Shown: positions 10,166 to 19,717, counted from the first letter of the stretch. The stretch: 64,000 nucleotides of DNA from Bacillales bacterium UBA3207 (GCA_002363735.1 DEWP01000017.1:63393-127392); one strand, 5' to 3'. The notes: generated by a model from the sequence alone, not told the origin. Numbers and translations are program-made.

Positions 10166-10846
10166 CTATTTTGTCTTAAAATGGCCATGATCAAAAAACG
10201 AATAATAACCGTTTTTATAGATAATGACATGGTCTAAAAGTTTTATTCCGAATTCATCTAATCTGTCTTTGATAATGACTGTTGAAATAACATCATTTTG
10301 ACTAGGAAATTTCGCTCCATCAGGATGATTATGGACCAAGATAAAATAGGAACATTTTGCATCCAATAAATCTCCAATGATTTCTTTGAAATCAAAAGAA
10401 CATGATTCAAATGTTCCTTGATACTTTCTTCGCTCCCGAACAATTTCTTTTTTTCTATTAAGCATTACTAAAATTAAAACTTCGTAATCGTAGTCTTCTA
10501 GATAACGAAATCGTTCAAAAATTTGCTGACTAGAAACAATCGGAAAATCAGATGCATTTTGTTGAGATAAAAGACGTTTATGAAGTTCAAAAGCAGCAAG
10601 TAGTTTTAAAGCAGAAATTTTATTTAAGCCTTTTTGCTTTTTAAGCGATTCAATCGAAGCATTTGCTAAAAATGATAATGTGATAAACGTCTCTAATAGA
10701 GACTTAGCGATTTCGATTGCGGACTGACCTTTGACCCCGCTACCAATTAAAAGAGCTAACAGTTCATGATTTTCCAGTGATTCGATACCAAAACAAAGTG
10801 CTTTTTCTCTTGGCTTTGCCTCCTTAGGTAAGTCAGCAATTTTCAT
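10166..10846 (-). CDS. radC: RadC family JAB/MPN protein; start moved to 10846
   Basis: KPREK..LENHELLALLIGSG, HNHPDG..PSQND..LLDHVI. Confidence 0.93.
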   Translation of the reverse strand: MKIADLPKEAKPREKALCFGIESLENHELLALLIGSGVKGQSAIEIAKSLLETFITLSFLANASIESLKKQKGLNKISALKLLAAFELHKRLLSQQNASDFPIVSSQQIFERFRYLEDYDYEVLILVMLNRKKEIVRERRKYQGTFESCSFDFKEIIGDLLDAKCSYFILVHNHPDGAKFPSQNDVISTVIIKDRLDEFGIKLLDHVIIYKNGYYSFFDHGHFKTK

Positions 10847-11016
10847 TTCCAGGTAAATTTCCAACCACCTGGAACTGTTGATGATCCTTCTTTCGACATG
10901 AATAACTTATAGATGACCACCGCCATTAATGAGACTGCTAATACAGTTAAGACAGCTGCCAAAGTTAGCTCACCAGGTTTAATCTTAGATAATTCTTCAT
11001 TACTTAATCGTCGCAT
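10843..11016 (-). CDS. 57-aa membrane peptide with bacteriocin-type leader (not in the ORF track)
   Basis: MRRLSNEELSKIKPGELTLAAVLTVLAVSLMAVVIYKLFMSKEGSSTVPGGWKFTWK*; AGGAGG RBS; ATGA overlap with radC. Confidence 0.85.
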   Translation of the reverse strand: MRRLSNEELSKIKPGELTLAAVLTVLAVSLMAVVIYKLFMSKEGSSTVPGGWKFTWK

Positions 11017-11074
11017 AGATTTTTCCTCCTATACTTCTTTTTGCTTAAAGAAATGAAGAAATTATCAAATAAAT

Positions 11075-11096
11075 AAAAAAGGTGCTTATGCACCTT
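11075..11096 (-). terminator. Terminator after greA
   Basis: AAAAAAGGTGC-TTAT-GCACCTT. Confidence 0.75.
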
Positions 11097-11117
11097 ATTT
11101 TTTTAATGTGGGACAAC

Positions 11118-11594
11118 TTATTTTGTTGTTAATTTTAAGATTTCAACTTTGTATTCACGAGCAACGCGAACGACGCAGACATCACCAATTTTTTTACCAA
11201 CAATTGCTTTTCCTAATGGAGAAACGTTGGAAATAAGTCCTTTAGTTGGGTTAGCTTCAACTGTACCAACAATGGTGTAAGTCGCGATAGAATTATCGCT
11301 TAAATCTTTAATTTCAACAGTTGAACCAAGAGCAACTAATTTGCTGACTTTGGTCTTTTCATCGATGATTTTAGCATTTGCTAAGATATTTTCGATTTCT
11401 TTAATACGAGCTTCAACTTCAGCTTGTTTGTTTCTAGCTGCATCATAGTCAGCGTTTTCGCTTAAGTCACCTTGAGCACGTGCAGCAGCAAGTTGCTCTA
11501 AGACTTCTGGACGATCAATATCGATTAAATGACGAAGTTCTTTATTTAACTTAGCTTCGCCTTCTTTTGTTAATTCAATTTTTTCTGTGGCCAT
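11118..11594 (-). CDS. greA: Transcription elongation factor GreA
   Basis: AQGDLSENADYDAA, ISNVSPLGKAI. Confidence 0.97.
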   Translation of the reverse strand: MATEKIELTKEGEAKLNKELRHLIDIDRPEVLEQLAAARAQGDLSENADYDAARNKQAEVEARIKEIENILANAKIIDEKTKVSKLVALGSTVEIKDLSDNSIATYTIVGTVEANPTKGLISNVSPLGKAIVGKKIGDVCVVRVAREYKVEILKLTTK

Positions 11595-11657
11595 CTTTCG
11601 ACCTCCTAAATCGCAATAAAGAGTTTACCAATCATCTTTGATGTTGTAAACAACAAA

Positions 11658-11930
11658 TTACTTAATTTCCTTCATTTTTGGGTCTTCAAGGAAACAATTG
11701 AAAACTTCTTCAACTTCATCAAGTTCTTTTTCGTCTTCAATTACTTCAATTGAGGAATCTTTTTCATTAATTGAAACTGGGATGACATTGTCTTCATCAC
11801 CTTCTTTATAAAGAAAGGCATACATTTTATGACGTTCTTCATTTTCGTAAGTGAAAAGAATTTTCATCACTTGTTCTTGACCATTTTCATCTGTAATGGC
11901 GATTTCATTATCTAATAGTGGATGATTCAT
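11658..11930 (-). CDS. DUF1292 (YrzB-like) acidic protein
   Basis: ITDENGQE..ILFTY..IEDEKELDEVEEVF; alaS-ruvX-DUF1292 synteny. Confidence 0.8.
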   Translation of the reverse strand: MNHPLLDNEIAITDENGQEQVMKILFTYENEERHKMYAFLYKEGDEDNVIPVSINEKDSSIEVIEDEKELDEVEEVFNCFLEDPKMKEIK

Positions 11931-12358
11931 TTTTTCTCCTCCATTTTTCTTAGATATCTTTCTAAGATGACCACTGCGGCATATTCATCGACGAGTGATT
12001 TTCTTTTTTCATAACTAAGATTCATTTCTTTTAGTTTTTCATCAGCGTCAAGCGTGGAATAAGATTCATCAATTTCATGAATAATCAATTCATTATTTGC
12101 TTTTAGCAAATCTTCTTTAAATCTTAAGCAACTTTTCGCGTGTGGAGATAGGTCTCCAGATTCATAATAAGGAACGCCTAGAACAATTTCTTTGATGTCT
12201 TCTGAGGCGCAAATTTCTAAAATGTGTTCTCGCGCTTTTTTAAAATTTCCTGGTTCAAAGCAAAATGTTTCTCGTCCATGAATAGCAATTCCTAAAGCAT
12301 CAGTTGAGGCAATGCCAACTGTTGTTGTTCCTAAATCAAGAGCGAGAATTTTGCTCAT
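11927..12358 (-). CDS. ruvX: YqgF/RuvX pre-16S rRNA nuclease
   Basis: ILALDLG..GIASTD, DESYST, VDEYAAVVILE. Confidence 0.92.
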   Translation of the reverse strand: MSKILALDLGTTTVGIASTDALGIAIHGRETFCFEPGNFKKAREHILEICASEDIKEIVLGVPYYESGDLSPHAKSCLRFKEDLLKANNELIIHEIDESYSTLDADEKLKEMNLSYEKRKSLVDEYAAVVILERYLRKMEEKK

Positions 12359-14961
12359 TGAAGAAGCTCCTTAAATAATTCAATAGCCGAATCAATCTTT
12401 GATTCATCACGACCAGAACCGTTCGCCATATTTGGACGTCCGCCGCCTCCACCTCCAAGGTGTTTGGCGACTTCACGAACGAGGTTTCCAGCCATATTTT
12501 TTCTTAAGGCAGTTCCACCAATAAAGATGGAAATCGGGAGTGATTGACCTTCACCACCGATTAATAAAATAGCGTAATCTGGGAATTTAACTTTCAGGTC
12601 ATCACCCATCGAGTTAAGGTTCTCCATCGAGGCACCTTTAACGTATTTTGTCAGCACTTTGTATGATTTGAAATCAATGAATTGATTTAATGCATCATTT
12701 GCGTTTTCTTGAGAAATACGATCCATTAAGGAAGTTAAACGACGATTCACATCAGAAAGTTGTTCTAAGATAGAATGAATTTTATCTTTAGCTTCCTGAG
12801 CATTTTTGGCTCCGACACTTTCTACTAAAGCTTTCAAAGCATCCTGGCGTTCTTTAATTAATTGATATGCGCCCGTTGATGAACGTCCTTCGATACGACG
12901 GACACCAGAAGCAATTGAAGATTCACTTTCAATGACAAAGACACCGATGTCAGAAGTATTTTTAACGTGACATCCACCACAGAATTCGATGGATTCGTTG
13001 CCAAAGGCAACAACACGAACTTCATCACCATATTTTTCTGAGAAGAATGCTTTTGCACCTAGCTTATTTGCTTCGTTAATCGACATCACACGAATGTTTG
13101 ATGGAATTGATGCACTAATTAAGCGATTAACTTCTTTTTCGATTGCATTTAATTCTTCATCAGTGATTTTACTATAATGAGTGAAGTCAAAACGAAGATA
13201 ATCTTTGCAAACATATGAACCCATTTGTTTAATGTGGTTGCCTAAGACTTTGTCTAAAGCGGCTTGTAATAAGTGAGTAGCAGAGTGGTTACGTTCGGTT
13301 AAACGACGTTCTTCAATGTTAATTTCAACGTGAACTTTATCACCTTCTTTGATTGATCCACGTTTTACTTTAACAGCATGTAAATGTTGTTTATTTGGCG
13401 CTTTAATAACATTGTATACTTCTAAAGAAGTATCGTTATTAGAGATTTCACCTGTATCAGCGACTTCACCACCGGATTCAGCATAGAAATTAGTTTGAGA
13501 AAGAATAATTTCACCTTCGTCTTTAATTTCTTTTACTCTAACGCCGTCTTTAAAACAACCAATGACAGTTGCATCAAGAGGTTCCTCATCATATACAAAT
13601 GATGAAGGTTCAACAAATTCAAGTAAATCTTTGGATTGTTTATGCATACTTTGAGCATTGCTACGAGCTTGTCGAGCACGTTCTTTTTGCTTTTCCATTT
13701 CTTTTTCAAAACCAGCACGATCAACTTTAACATTCTTTTCGACACAGATTTCAATTGTTAAATCGATTGGGAAACCAAATGTATCATAGAGTTTGAATGC
13801 ATCAGCTCCAGAAAGTTCTTTTTTGCCAACAATCATTTCACGAAGCAAAGCTTCACCAGTGGCGAGTGTTTCGAGAAATTTTTCTTCTTCGGCACGAACC
13901 ATCTTGGCAATTGAAGGACCTTTTGAAATGTTTTCTGGATAGAATTTCGCATAGATGTTAATCACAACATCAACAAGCGAATACATAAATGGTTTTTCAA
14001 TGCCGATTTGTTTAGCAAATCTCATTGCACGACGAACTAGTCTACGTAAAACGTAGCCACGTCCTTCATTGGAGAAGATTTCGCCATCAGCAATGGCAAA
14101 TGTAACAGCACGAATATGATCAGCAATAACTCGATAATTTGTTAAATAAGGTTTTTCATAAGGAACATTAGCAAGTTTTTCAATTGCTTTGATAATTGGC
14201 ATAAATAAGTCAGTTTCAAAGTTTGAATCGGTTCCTTGTAATACAGAAGCAATTCTTTCTAAACCTGCACCTGTATCAATGTTTTTGCTTGGGAGTTCTT
14301 TATATTCACTTCGAGGGGTGCCTGGAACAGCGTTATATTGTGAAAACACAATACCCCAGATTTCAATATAACGGTCATTTTCAATTTCTTCGCGGAGTAA
14401 ACGTTCTCCAAGATGATTTGGATCATATTTTTCTCCACGGTCAAAGAAAACTTCTGTGTTTGGACCAGCTGGACCTTCACCAATTTCCCAATAGTTTCCT
14501 TCAAGAGGAATTAAATGAGATTCTTCAACACCTTCTTTTAACCAAAGTTGGTGGGTTTCTTCATCAATCGGATTATATGTAAAATAAAGTTTATCTTTTG
14601 GCATTCCGAAATATTTCTCACTAGTGAGAATTTCAAAAGCGTACGGAATCACTTCTTTCTTAAAATAATCACCAATGGAGAAGTTTCCTAGCATTTCAAA
14701 AAATGTATGGTGACGAGCAGTAAATCCAACATTTTCAATGTCGTTTGTACGAATTGATTTTTGGACGTTTGTAATTCTTCGGCTTGGTGGTACTTCACTT
14801 CCATCCATATATTTTTTTAACGCCGCAACACCGGAGTTAATCCAAAGTAATGTTGGATCTTGATATGGGATAAGTGATGCACCTTTTTCAATGTGGTGAC
14901 CTTTTGACTTAAAAAAGTTTAACCACGTTTCTCTAATTTCTTGACCAGTCATGTATTTCAT
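12355..14961 (-). CDS. alaS: Alanine--tRNA ligase
   Basis: RHHTFFEMLGNFSIGDYFK, IDTGAGLER, NHSATHLL, FCGGCHV, GGGGGRP. Confidence 0.98.
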   Translation of the reverse strand: MKYMTGQEIRETWLNFFKSKGHHIEKGASLIPYQDPTLLWINSGVAALKKYMDGSEVPPSRRITNVQKSIRTNDIENVGFTARHHTFFEMLGNFSIGDYFKKEVIPYAFEILTSEKYFGMPKDKLYFTYNPIDEETHQLWLKEGVEESHLIPLEGNYWEIGEGPAGPNTEVFFDRGEKYDPNHLGERLLREEIENDRYIEIWGIVFSQYNAVPGTPRSEYKELPSKNIDTGAGLERIASVLQGTDSNFETDLFMPIIKAIEKLANVPYEKPYLTNYRVIADHIRAVTFAIADGEIFSNEGRGYVLRRLVRRAMRFAKQIGIEKPFMYSLVDVVINIYAKFYPENISKGPSIAKMVRAEEEKFLETLATGEALLREMIVGKKELSGADAFKLYDTFGFPIDLTIEICVEKNVKVDRAGFEKEMEKQKERARQARSNAQSMHKQSKDLLEFVEPSSFVYDEEPLDATVIGCFKDGVRVKEIKDEGEIILSQTNFYAESGGEVADTGEISNNDTSLEVYNVIKAPNKQHLHAVKVKRGSIKEGDKVHVEINIEERRLTERNHSATHLLQAALDKVLGNHIKQMGSYVCKDYLRFDFTHYSKITDEELNAIEKEVNRLISASIPSNIRVMSINEANKLGAKAFFSEKYGDEVRVVAFGNESIEFCGGCHVKNTSDIGVFVIESESSIASGVRRIEGRSSTGAYQLIKERQDALKALVESVGAKNAQEAKDKIHSILEQLSDVNRRLTSLMDRISQENANDALNQFIDFKSYKVLTKYVKGASMENLNSMGDDLKVKFPDYAILLIGGEGQSLPISIFIGGTALRKNMAGNLVREVAKHLGGGGGGRPNMANGSGRDESKIDSAIELFKELLQ

Positions 14962-14984
14962 ATTGTGGCCTCCTAAACAAAATA

Positions 14985-15126
14985 AAAAAGTATTTCAGAG
15001 GAACGAACTATCGCGGTACCATCCTCTTTCAATACTTTGTATTGCACTTAATTAAATTCTCTTTAACGCAGAGACACGATGATTCTTCATCATCTCCAAA
15101 GGAGTGGCAGGTTCCTTTATCGGAGC
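14985..15126 (-). promoter_or_regulatory. T-box riboswitch (Ala, GCC specifier) with ultrashort Stem I
   Basis: Minus strand AGAGGA-TGGTACC-GCG..CGT-TCCTCT antiterminator (15012-15029); stem II, IIA/B (CGTTA) and III hairpins; GCC in a 9-nt Stem I loop. Confidence 0.85.
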
Positions 15127-15161
15127 ACAATAAATATATCACAAATTCGAATAATTAAAAA

Positions 15162-16562
15162 TTATTTTAGAATTTCTGGATATTTTTTCATTAAGTAGTC
15201 AAGATCTTTATCACCTCGACCACTTAAATTAACTAGAATTGAACCTGAATGTCTGGTGCGAGCAATCCGAATGGCATAAGCAAGTGCATGAGCTGATTCA
15301 ATTGCTGGAATGATTCCTTCTAATCGAGATAAAAGTTTAAATGCTTCTAAAGCTTCTTCATCCGTCACACTATCGTATTCAACTCGACCAATATCATGAA
15401 GGAAACAATGTTCTGGTCCAACACCTGGATAATCTAAGCCTGAAGCAATTGAATAAGCGTTTGCAACACTTCCATCCTTGTTTAATAAAACTTTGTTCTT
15501 AAAACCATGTAAAACGTATTCTTTGCCGAAAGTCATTGATGCAGCATTTTTACCAATTTCTTTTCCTTTTCCCATTGGTTCAACACCAACAATTTGGACC
15601 GGATCATTTAGGAAAGCTTCAAACATACCGATAGCGTTAGAACCGCCACCAACACATGCACAAACAATATCAGGTAATTCACCAGTCATTTGGATGAATT
15701 GTTCACGTGCTTCTCGACCAATAATTTCTTGGAAATCACGGACAATTAATGGATAAGGATGCGGTCCAACTGCAGAACCCATTAAATAAAATGCATCTTT
15801 TGATTCTTTTAAATAATTAGCAAAAGCGACATCAACCGCTTCTTTTAATGTTTGGGTTCCTTCATAAACTGGAATAACGCGTGCTCCAAGCATTTTCATT
15901 CGGTTCACGTTTGGTGCTTGCTTTTCCATATCAACAGCGCCCATATAAATGTCGCATTTTAAACCAAAATAAGCAGCAGCTGTGGCAACTGCTGAGCCAT
16001 GGCTTCCAGCACCTGTTTCGGCAATTAGCTTAGTTTTACCGAGATATTTTGCTAAAAGTGCTTGTCCCATACAGTTATTTAATTTATGTGAACCATTATG
16101 GTTAAGGTCTTCTCTTTTTAAATAAATCTGAACTTTTCCTAAATAATTTGACAGTCTTTCACAATGATAAACTGGTGTTGGACGACCTTGATAATTACGG
16201 CGAATCTCGCGTAATTCATTAATAAATTTAGAAGATTTACATATTGTGAGGTAAGCGTTATAGATATCTTGGAAAATTTTGTTTGTTTTTTCATCAAAAT
16301 AAGAACCGCCATATTTACCAAAATAACCGTCTTTTGTTGGATATTCTTTACGATATGTTGCGAAATTTATATGTTCTGGTTGATTAATTTTGATCGGGTT
16401 TGTTTTACCTCTTCGATCAAGTGGTTTTGGTGCGTTATCAGGAATCAGATAGGCTTTACCTTTCTTCTTTAATCCTTCAATACGATTTTCTTGACATAAA
16501 ACACGAACTCTACGTTCGTTAATTCCCCATTTTTGAGCGGCTTCTTTAACTGATATATACAT
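15162..16562 (-). CDS. trpB: Tryptophan synthase beta chain fused to an N-terminal excisionase/HTH_17-like DNA-binding domain; start moved to 16562
   Basis: [31 protein letters not shown], then [53 protein letters not shown]. Confidence 0.92.
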   Translation of the reverse strand: MYISVKEAAQKWGINERRVRVLCQENRIEGLKKKGKAYLIPDNAPKPLDRRGKTNPIKINQPEHINFATYRKEYPTKDGYFGKYGGSYFDEKTNKIFQDIYNAYLTICKSSKFINELREIRRNYQGRPTPVYHCERLSNYLGKVQIYLKREDLNHNGSHKLNNCMGQALLAKYLGKTKLIAETGAGSHGSAVATAAAYFGLKCDIYMGAVDMEKQAPNVNRMKMLGARVIPVYEGTQTLKEAVDVAFANYLKESKDAFYLMGSAVGPHPYPLIVRDFQEIIGREAREQFIQMTGELPDIVCACVGGGSNAIGMFEAFLNDPVQIVGVEPMGKGKEIGKNAASMTFGKEYVLHGFKNKVLLNKDGSVANAYSIASGLDYPGVGPEHCFLHDIGRVEYDSVTDEEALEAFKLLSRLEGIIPAIESAHALAYAIRIARTRHSGSILVNLSGRGDKDLDYLMKKYPEILK

Positions 16563-16593
16563 TATTCCGTTCCTCAACTTTCGGCACTATTAT
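16561..16593. promoter_or_regulatory. Putative autoregulatory operator spanning the trpB -10 and RBS
   Basis: Imperfect inverted repeat ATTATTCCG..CGGCACTAT between TATAAT and the ATG. Confidence 0.45.
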
Positions 16594-16776
16594 AAAATGC
16601 CGTAATATTAATTACAAGAACAATTAAAAAACTGGTAAAAAATTTTTTATATACAAGAAGTCTTAAATTTTGTAGAATTTAATCAATATTTTGCGAATTT
16701 CGTAATCATTAAATTATTAGAAATCTTTCACTTTTTGTGAAAAGAATATCAATAGAAAGCTATTAGAGGAATCGAT

Positions 16777-17766
16777 ATGAAAAAAGGCTCATTACTTCTC
16801 GCTGTTGCTTCAATTGCAGCACTTGCTGCCTGTGGCAAAACTGGCATTAAAGTTAATCCAGATAAACAAAAATATGTCGTCGGAATTGCTCAATTTGATG
16901 TGCATCCAGCTCTCGATGCAGCAACTGCGGGTTTTAAATCAAAACTTACTGCTTTATTAAAAGCAGAAGGTCGTGAAGTTAAATTCGAAGAAACAAACGC
17001 TGCTGGAGAAATTCCAAACTGCACAACGATTGTTAATTCATTAGTTTCAAAGGATGTTGACTTAATCTTAGCTAATGCGACTCCATGTTTGTCAGCCGCA
17101 TACACTGCAACAAGTTATATTCCAATTCTAGGAACATCCGTAACTGAATATGGCGTTGCATGCGATATTGAAATTGAAGATGGAAAAACAAAAATCAATG
17201 TTTCTGGAACAAGTGATCTTGCACCACTAGATGAACAAGTTAGAACAATGTTTGAACTTTTCCCAAATGCAACCAAATATGGAATCTTATATTCCGCTGA
17301 AGAAGCAAACTCCAAATTCCAAGTTACTGAAGTTAAAAAACTTCTAGAAAATGCTGGTAAAACCGTTAAAACTTATCCAATTACAGGCACAGATACAGTT
17401 CAAGCTGTCTGTAATTCCGCAAAAGATGAAGATGTTGTTTATATTCCAACAGATAACTTCTGTGCTAAAAACGTAGAAACAATTGCAGCAATCTTTGATG
17501 GTGATGATACTCCAATTTTTGCTGGTGAATCCGGCACATGTGAAGGTTGCGGAGTTGCAACTTTATCGATTAACTACACTCGTTTAGGTGAAATTACTGG
17601 TGAAATGGCATTTAATGTTTTACTTGGTAAAAAAGATATTCGTGAATATCCAATTCAATACGATACTGATGTGAAAAAATATTATGTTGCCTCACGTTGT
17701 GATGCATTAAATATTGAAATTCCAGCTGATGCTGGCTATGAAGAATTAGTTATCGAAGAGGAATAA
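16777..17766 (+). CDS. ABC transporter substrate-binding lipoprotein, TrpX / aromatic amino acid type (ABC_sub_bind)
   Basis: Lipobox LAAC; HPALDAA..GF, ANATP, NVSGTSD, EANS, YIPTDN. Confidence 0.85.
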   Translation: MKKGSLLLAVASIAALAACGKTGIKVNPDKQKYVVGIAQFDVHPALDAATAGFKSKLTALLKAEGREVKFEETNAAGEIPNCTTIVNSLVSKDVDLILANATPCLSAAYTATSYIPILGTSVTEYGVACDIEIEDGKTKINVSGTSDLAPLDEQVRTMFELFPNATKYGILYSAEEANSKFQVTEVKKLLENAGKTVKTYPITGTDTVQAVCNSAKDEDVVYIPTDNFCAKNVETIAAIFDGDDTPIFAGESGTCEGCGVATLSINYTRLGEITGEMAFNVLLGKKDIREYPIQYDTDVKKYYVASRCDALNIEIPADAGYEELVIEEE

Positions 17767-17777
17767 ATAGACACAAA

Positions 17778-18689
17778 ATGGCAGGTTTTTTAAATTCACT
17801 TCCATCTGTAATCGATCAAGGTTTAATCTGGGGCATCATGGCCATCGGAGTTTTTATCACATTTAAGATTCTTGATTTTGCTGATTTAACTGTTGATGGT
17901 TCATTTGCTACAGGTGGATGTTTATTTGCTGTTTTGACAGCTGCAAAAGTGCCAGTTCCGCTAGGATTTTTCATCTCTTTTTGTGCTGGATCTCTTGCTG
18001 GTTTAATCACCGCACTCATTCATTGTTATTTAGGAATTCCTGGGATTTTAGCGGGGATTTTAACTCAATTAATGCTTTGGTCCATTAACTACAAGATTCT
18101 TGGACAAGCAACTTTACCAGTCAAAAGTCGAGATGCCTTAATCTCCATGAATGCTAATTCAGGAGTTTATACAACAATTCCAATTGTTATTGGGATTGCT
18201 GTTGCTTTGATTTTGCTTTTATATTGGTTCTTTGGAACCAAATATGGCTCTTCAATTCGTGCTACTGGTTCAAACCAAGATATGGCAAAAGCAAATGGAA
18301 TTAATATTCATTCTAGAAAGATTGTTGCCTTAATGATTTCTAACGGAATTGTTGCATTTTCTGGTGCAATTCTCGCTCGTTTCCAAGGTTCTGCTGATAT
18401 TAATATGGGCCGAGGAGCAATTGTTATTGGCTTAGCGGCAATTGTTATTGGAACAACTCTTTTTGCTCGTTTATCAAAGAATTTTGCTCTCAGTATGGGA
18501 TTTGTCACAATTGGAGCGATTATTTATTTCTTTGTCTTCCAATTAATTGTTTATTTTACAAACGAACCAGAATTATTGAAGATGCTATCAGCCATTGTTG
18601 TTGCGATCTTCCTAGCAATTCCTTATATCAAAAATGTTTATATTAAAAATGCTCGAGCGAAACATCAAAGAGCGAAGGAGGCTAAATAA
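17778..18689 (+). CDS. ABC transporter permease (TrpY-like)
   Basis: KILDFADLTVDGSFATGG, IRATGSN, ADINMGRG. Confidence 0.88.
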   Translation: MAGFLNSLPSVIDQGLIWGIMAIGVFITFKILDFADLTVDGSFATGGCLFAVLTAAKVPVPLGFFISFCAGSLAGLITALIHCYLGIPGILAGILTQLMLWSINYKILGQATLPVKSRDALISMNANSGVYTTIPIVIGIAVALILLLYWFFGTKYGSSIRATGSNQDMAKANGINIHSRKIVALMISNGIVAFSGAILARFQGSADINMGRGAIVIGLAAIVIGTTLFARLSKNFALSMGFVTIGAIIYFFVFQLIVYFTNEPELLKMLSAIVVAIFLAIPYIKNVYIKNARAKHQRAKEAK

Positions 18690-19687
18690 TGTTATCTTTT
18701 AAAAACGTTACAAAAGTCTTCTATAAAGGAACTGCTGATGAAAAAGTTGCTTTAGATAATGTTTCTTTCACTATTAATGATGGCGAATTTGTCACCATTA
18801 TCGGAGGAAACGGAAGTGGTAAATCCACCACATTAAATGTTTTAACAGGAAACTTGAATCCTGATTATGGAGCAGTTTTACTAAATGATGTTGATATTAC
18901 AAATTTAGCCGAAAACAAACGAGCTAAATATTTTGCCCGTGTCTTTCAAGACACGAACAAAGGTACTGCTGGATCAATGCAAGTCATTGAAAACATGGCA
19001 ATTGCCTCAAGAAAAGGTGGACGAAACAATTTAGGTTGGTACATCAGCAAAGAACAAAAACAAAAATATATTGAAATGTTAAAAACATTCAATCTAGGTT
19101 TAGAAGATCGTCTAACGACAAAAGTAAGTGTTTTGTCTGGCGGACAACGTCAAGCATTAACTTTGTTAATGGCAACACTACGAGCCGAACCATCACACAA
19201 ACAAATTATTAAAGATTATTCAACTTTCTTTATGGGTGATAAGCAAAAAGCTAAAGAAGAAGTTAGCAAAGTCTATCACGATGCTAAAGAAGAATATAAA
19301 GCAAAACTTGCTGAACTTAAAAAATCGAATCTATCTGCAAAAGAAAAGCATCAAGAAAAACAACGTTTATACAATGAATTTGATGCAAAAATCCGTAAAT
19401 ATGATTTGACTAAACAAATTCTTCTTCTTGATGAACACACCGCAGCTCTTGACCCAAAGACCGCTAAAAAAGTTCTTACATTAACGGAAAAAATTGTGCG
19501 TGAAAATAAATTAACAACGCTCATGGTGACTCATAATATGCGTGATGCGATTCAATATGGAGATCGTCTAATTATGTTCTACGAAGGAAAAATCATTCAT
19601 GATATTTCTGGAGAAGAAAAGAAACAATTAACTGTTGAAAAGCTTCTATCAATGTTTGATGAAGCTGAAGCTAAATCAATTCAATAA
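18689..19687 (+). CDS. ABC transporter ATPase with an internal charged insertion
   Basis: GGNGSGKST, RVFQD, LSGGQRQ, LLLDEHTAALDPK, VTH. Confidence 0.9.
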   Translation: MLSFKNVTKVFYKGTADEKVALDNVSFTINDGEFVTIIGGNGSGKSTTLNVLTGNLNPDYGAVLLNDVDITNLAENKRAKYFARVFQDTNKGTAGSMQVIENMAIASRKGGRNNLGWYISKEQKQKYIEMLKTFNLGLEDRLTTKVSVLSGGQRQALTLLMATLRAEPSHKQIIKDYSTFFMGDKQKAKEEVSKVYHDAKEEYKAKLAELKKSNLSAKEKHQEKQRLYNEFDAKIRKYDLTKQILLLDEHTAALDPKTAKKVLTLTEKIVRENKLTTLMVTHNMRDAIQYGDRLIMFYEGKIIHDISGEEKKQLTVEKLLSMFDEAEAKSIQ

Positions 19688-19717
19688 AAAAATACACACC
19701 TTAAGGTGTGTTTTTTT
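19686..19717. terminator. Bidirectional terminator between the ABC operon and mnmA
   Basis: A7-TACACACC-TTAA-GGTGTG-T7. Confidence 0.85.

Noticed and set aside
10843..10846. Mycoplasma-type TGA=Trp recoding
   Set aside because: TGA ends genes at ATGA overlaps (peptide/radC, truB/ribF), and conserved genes are full length under code 11.
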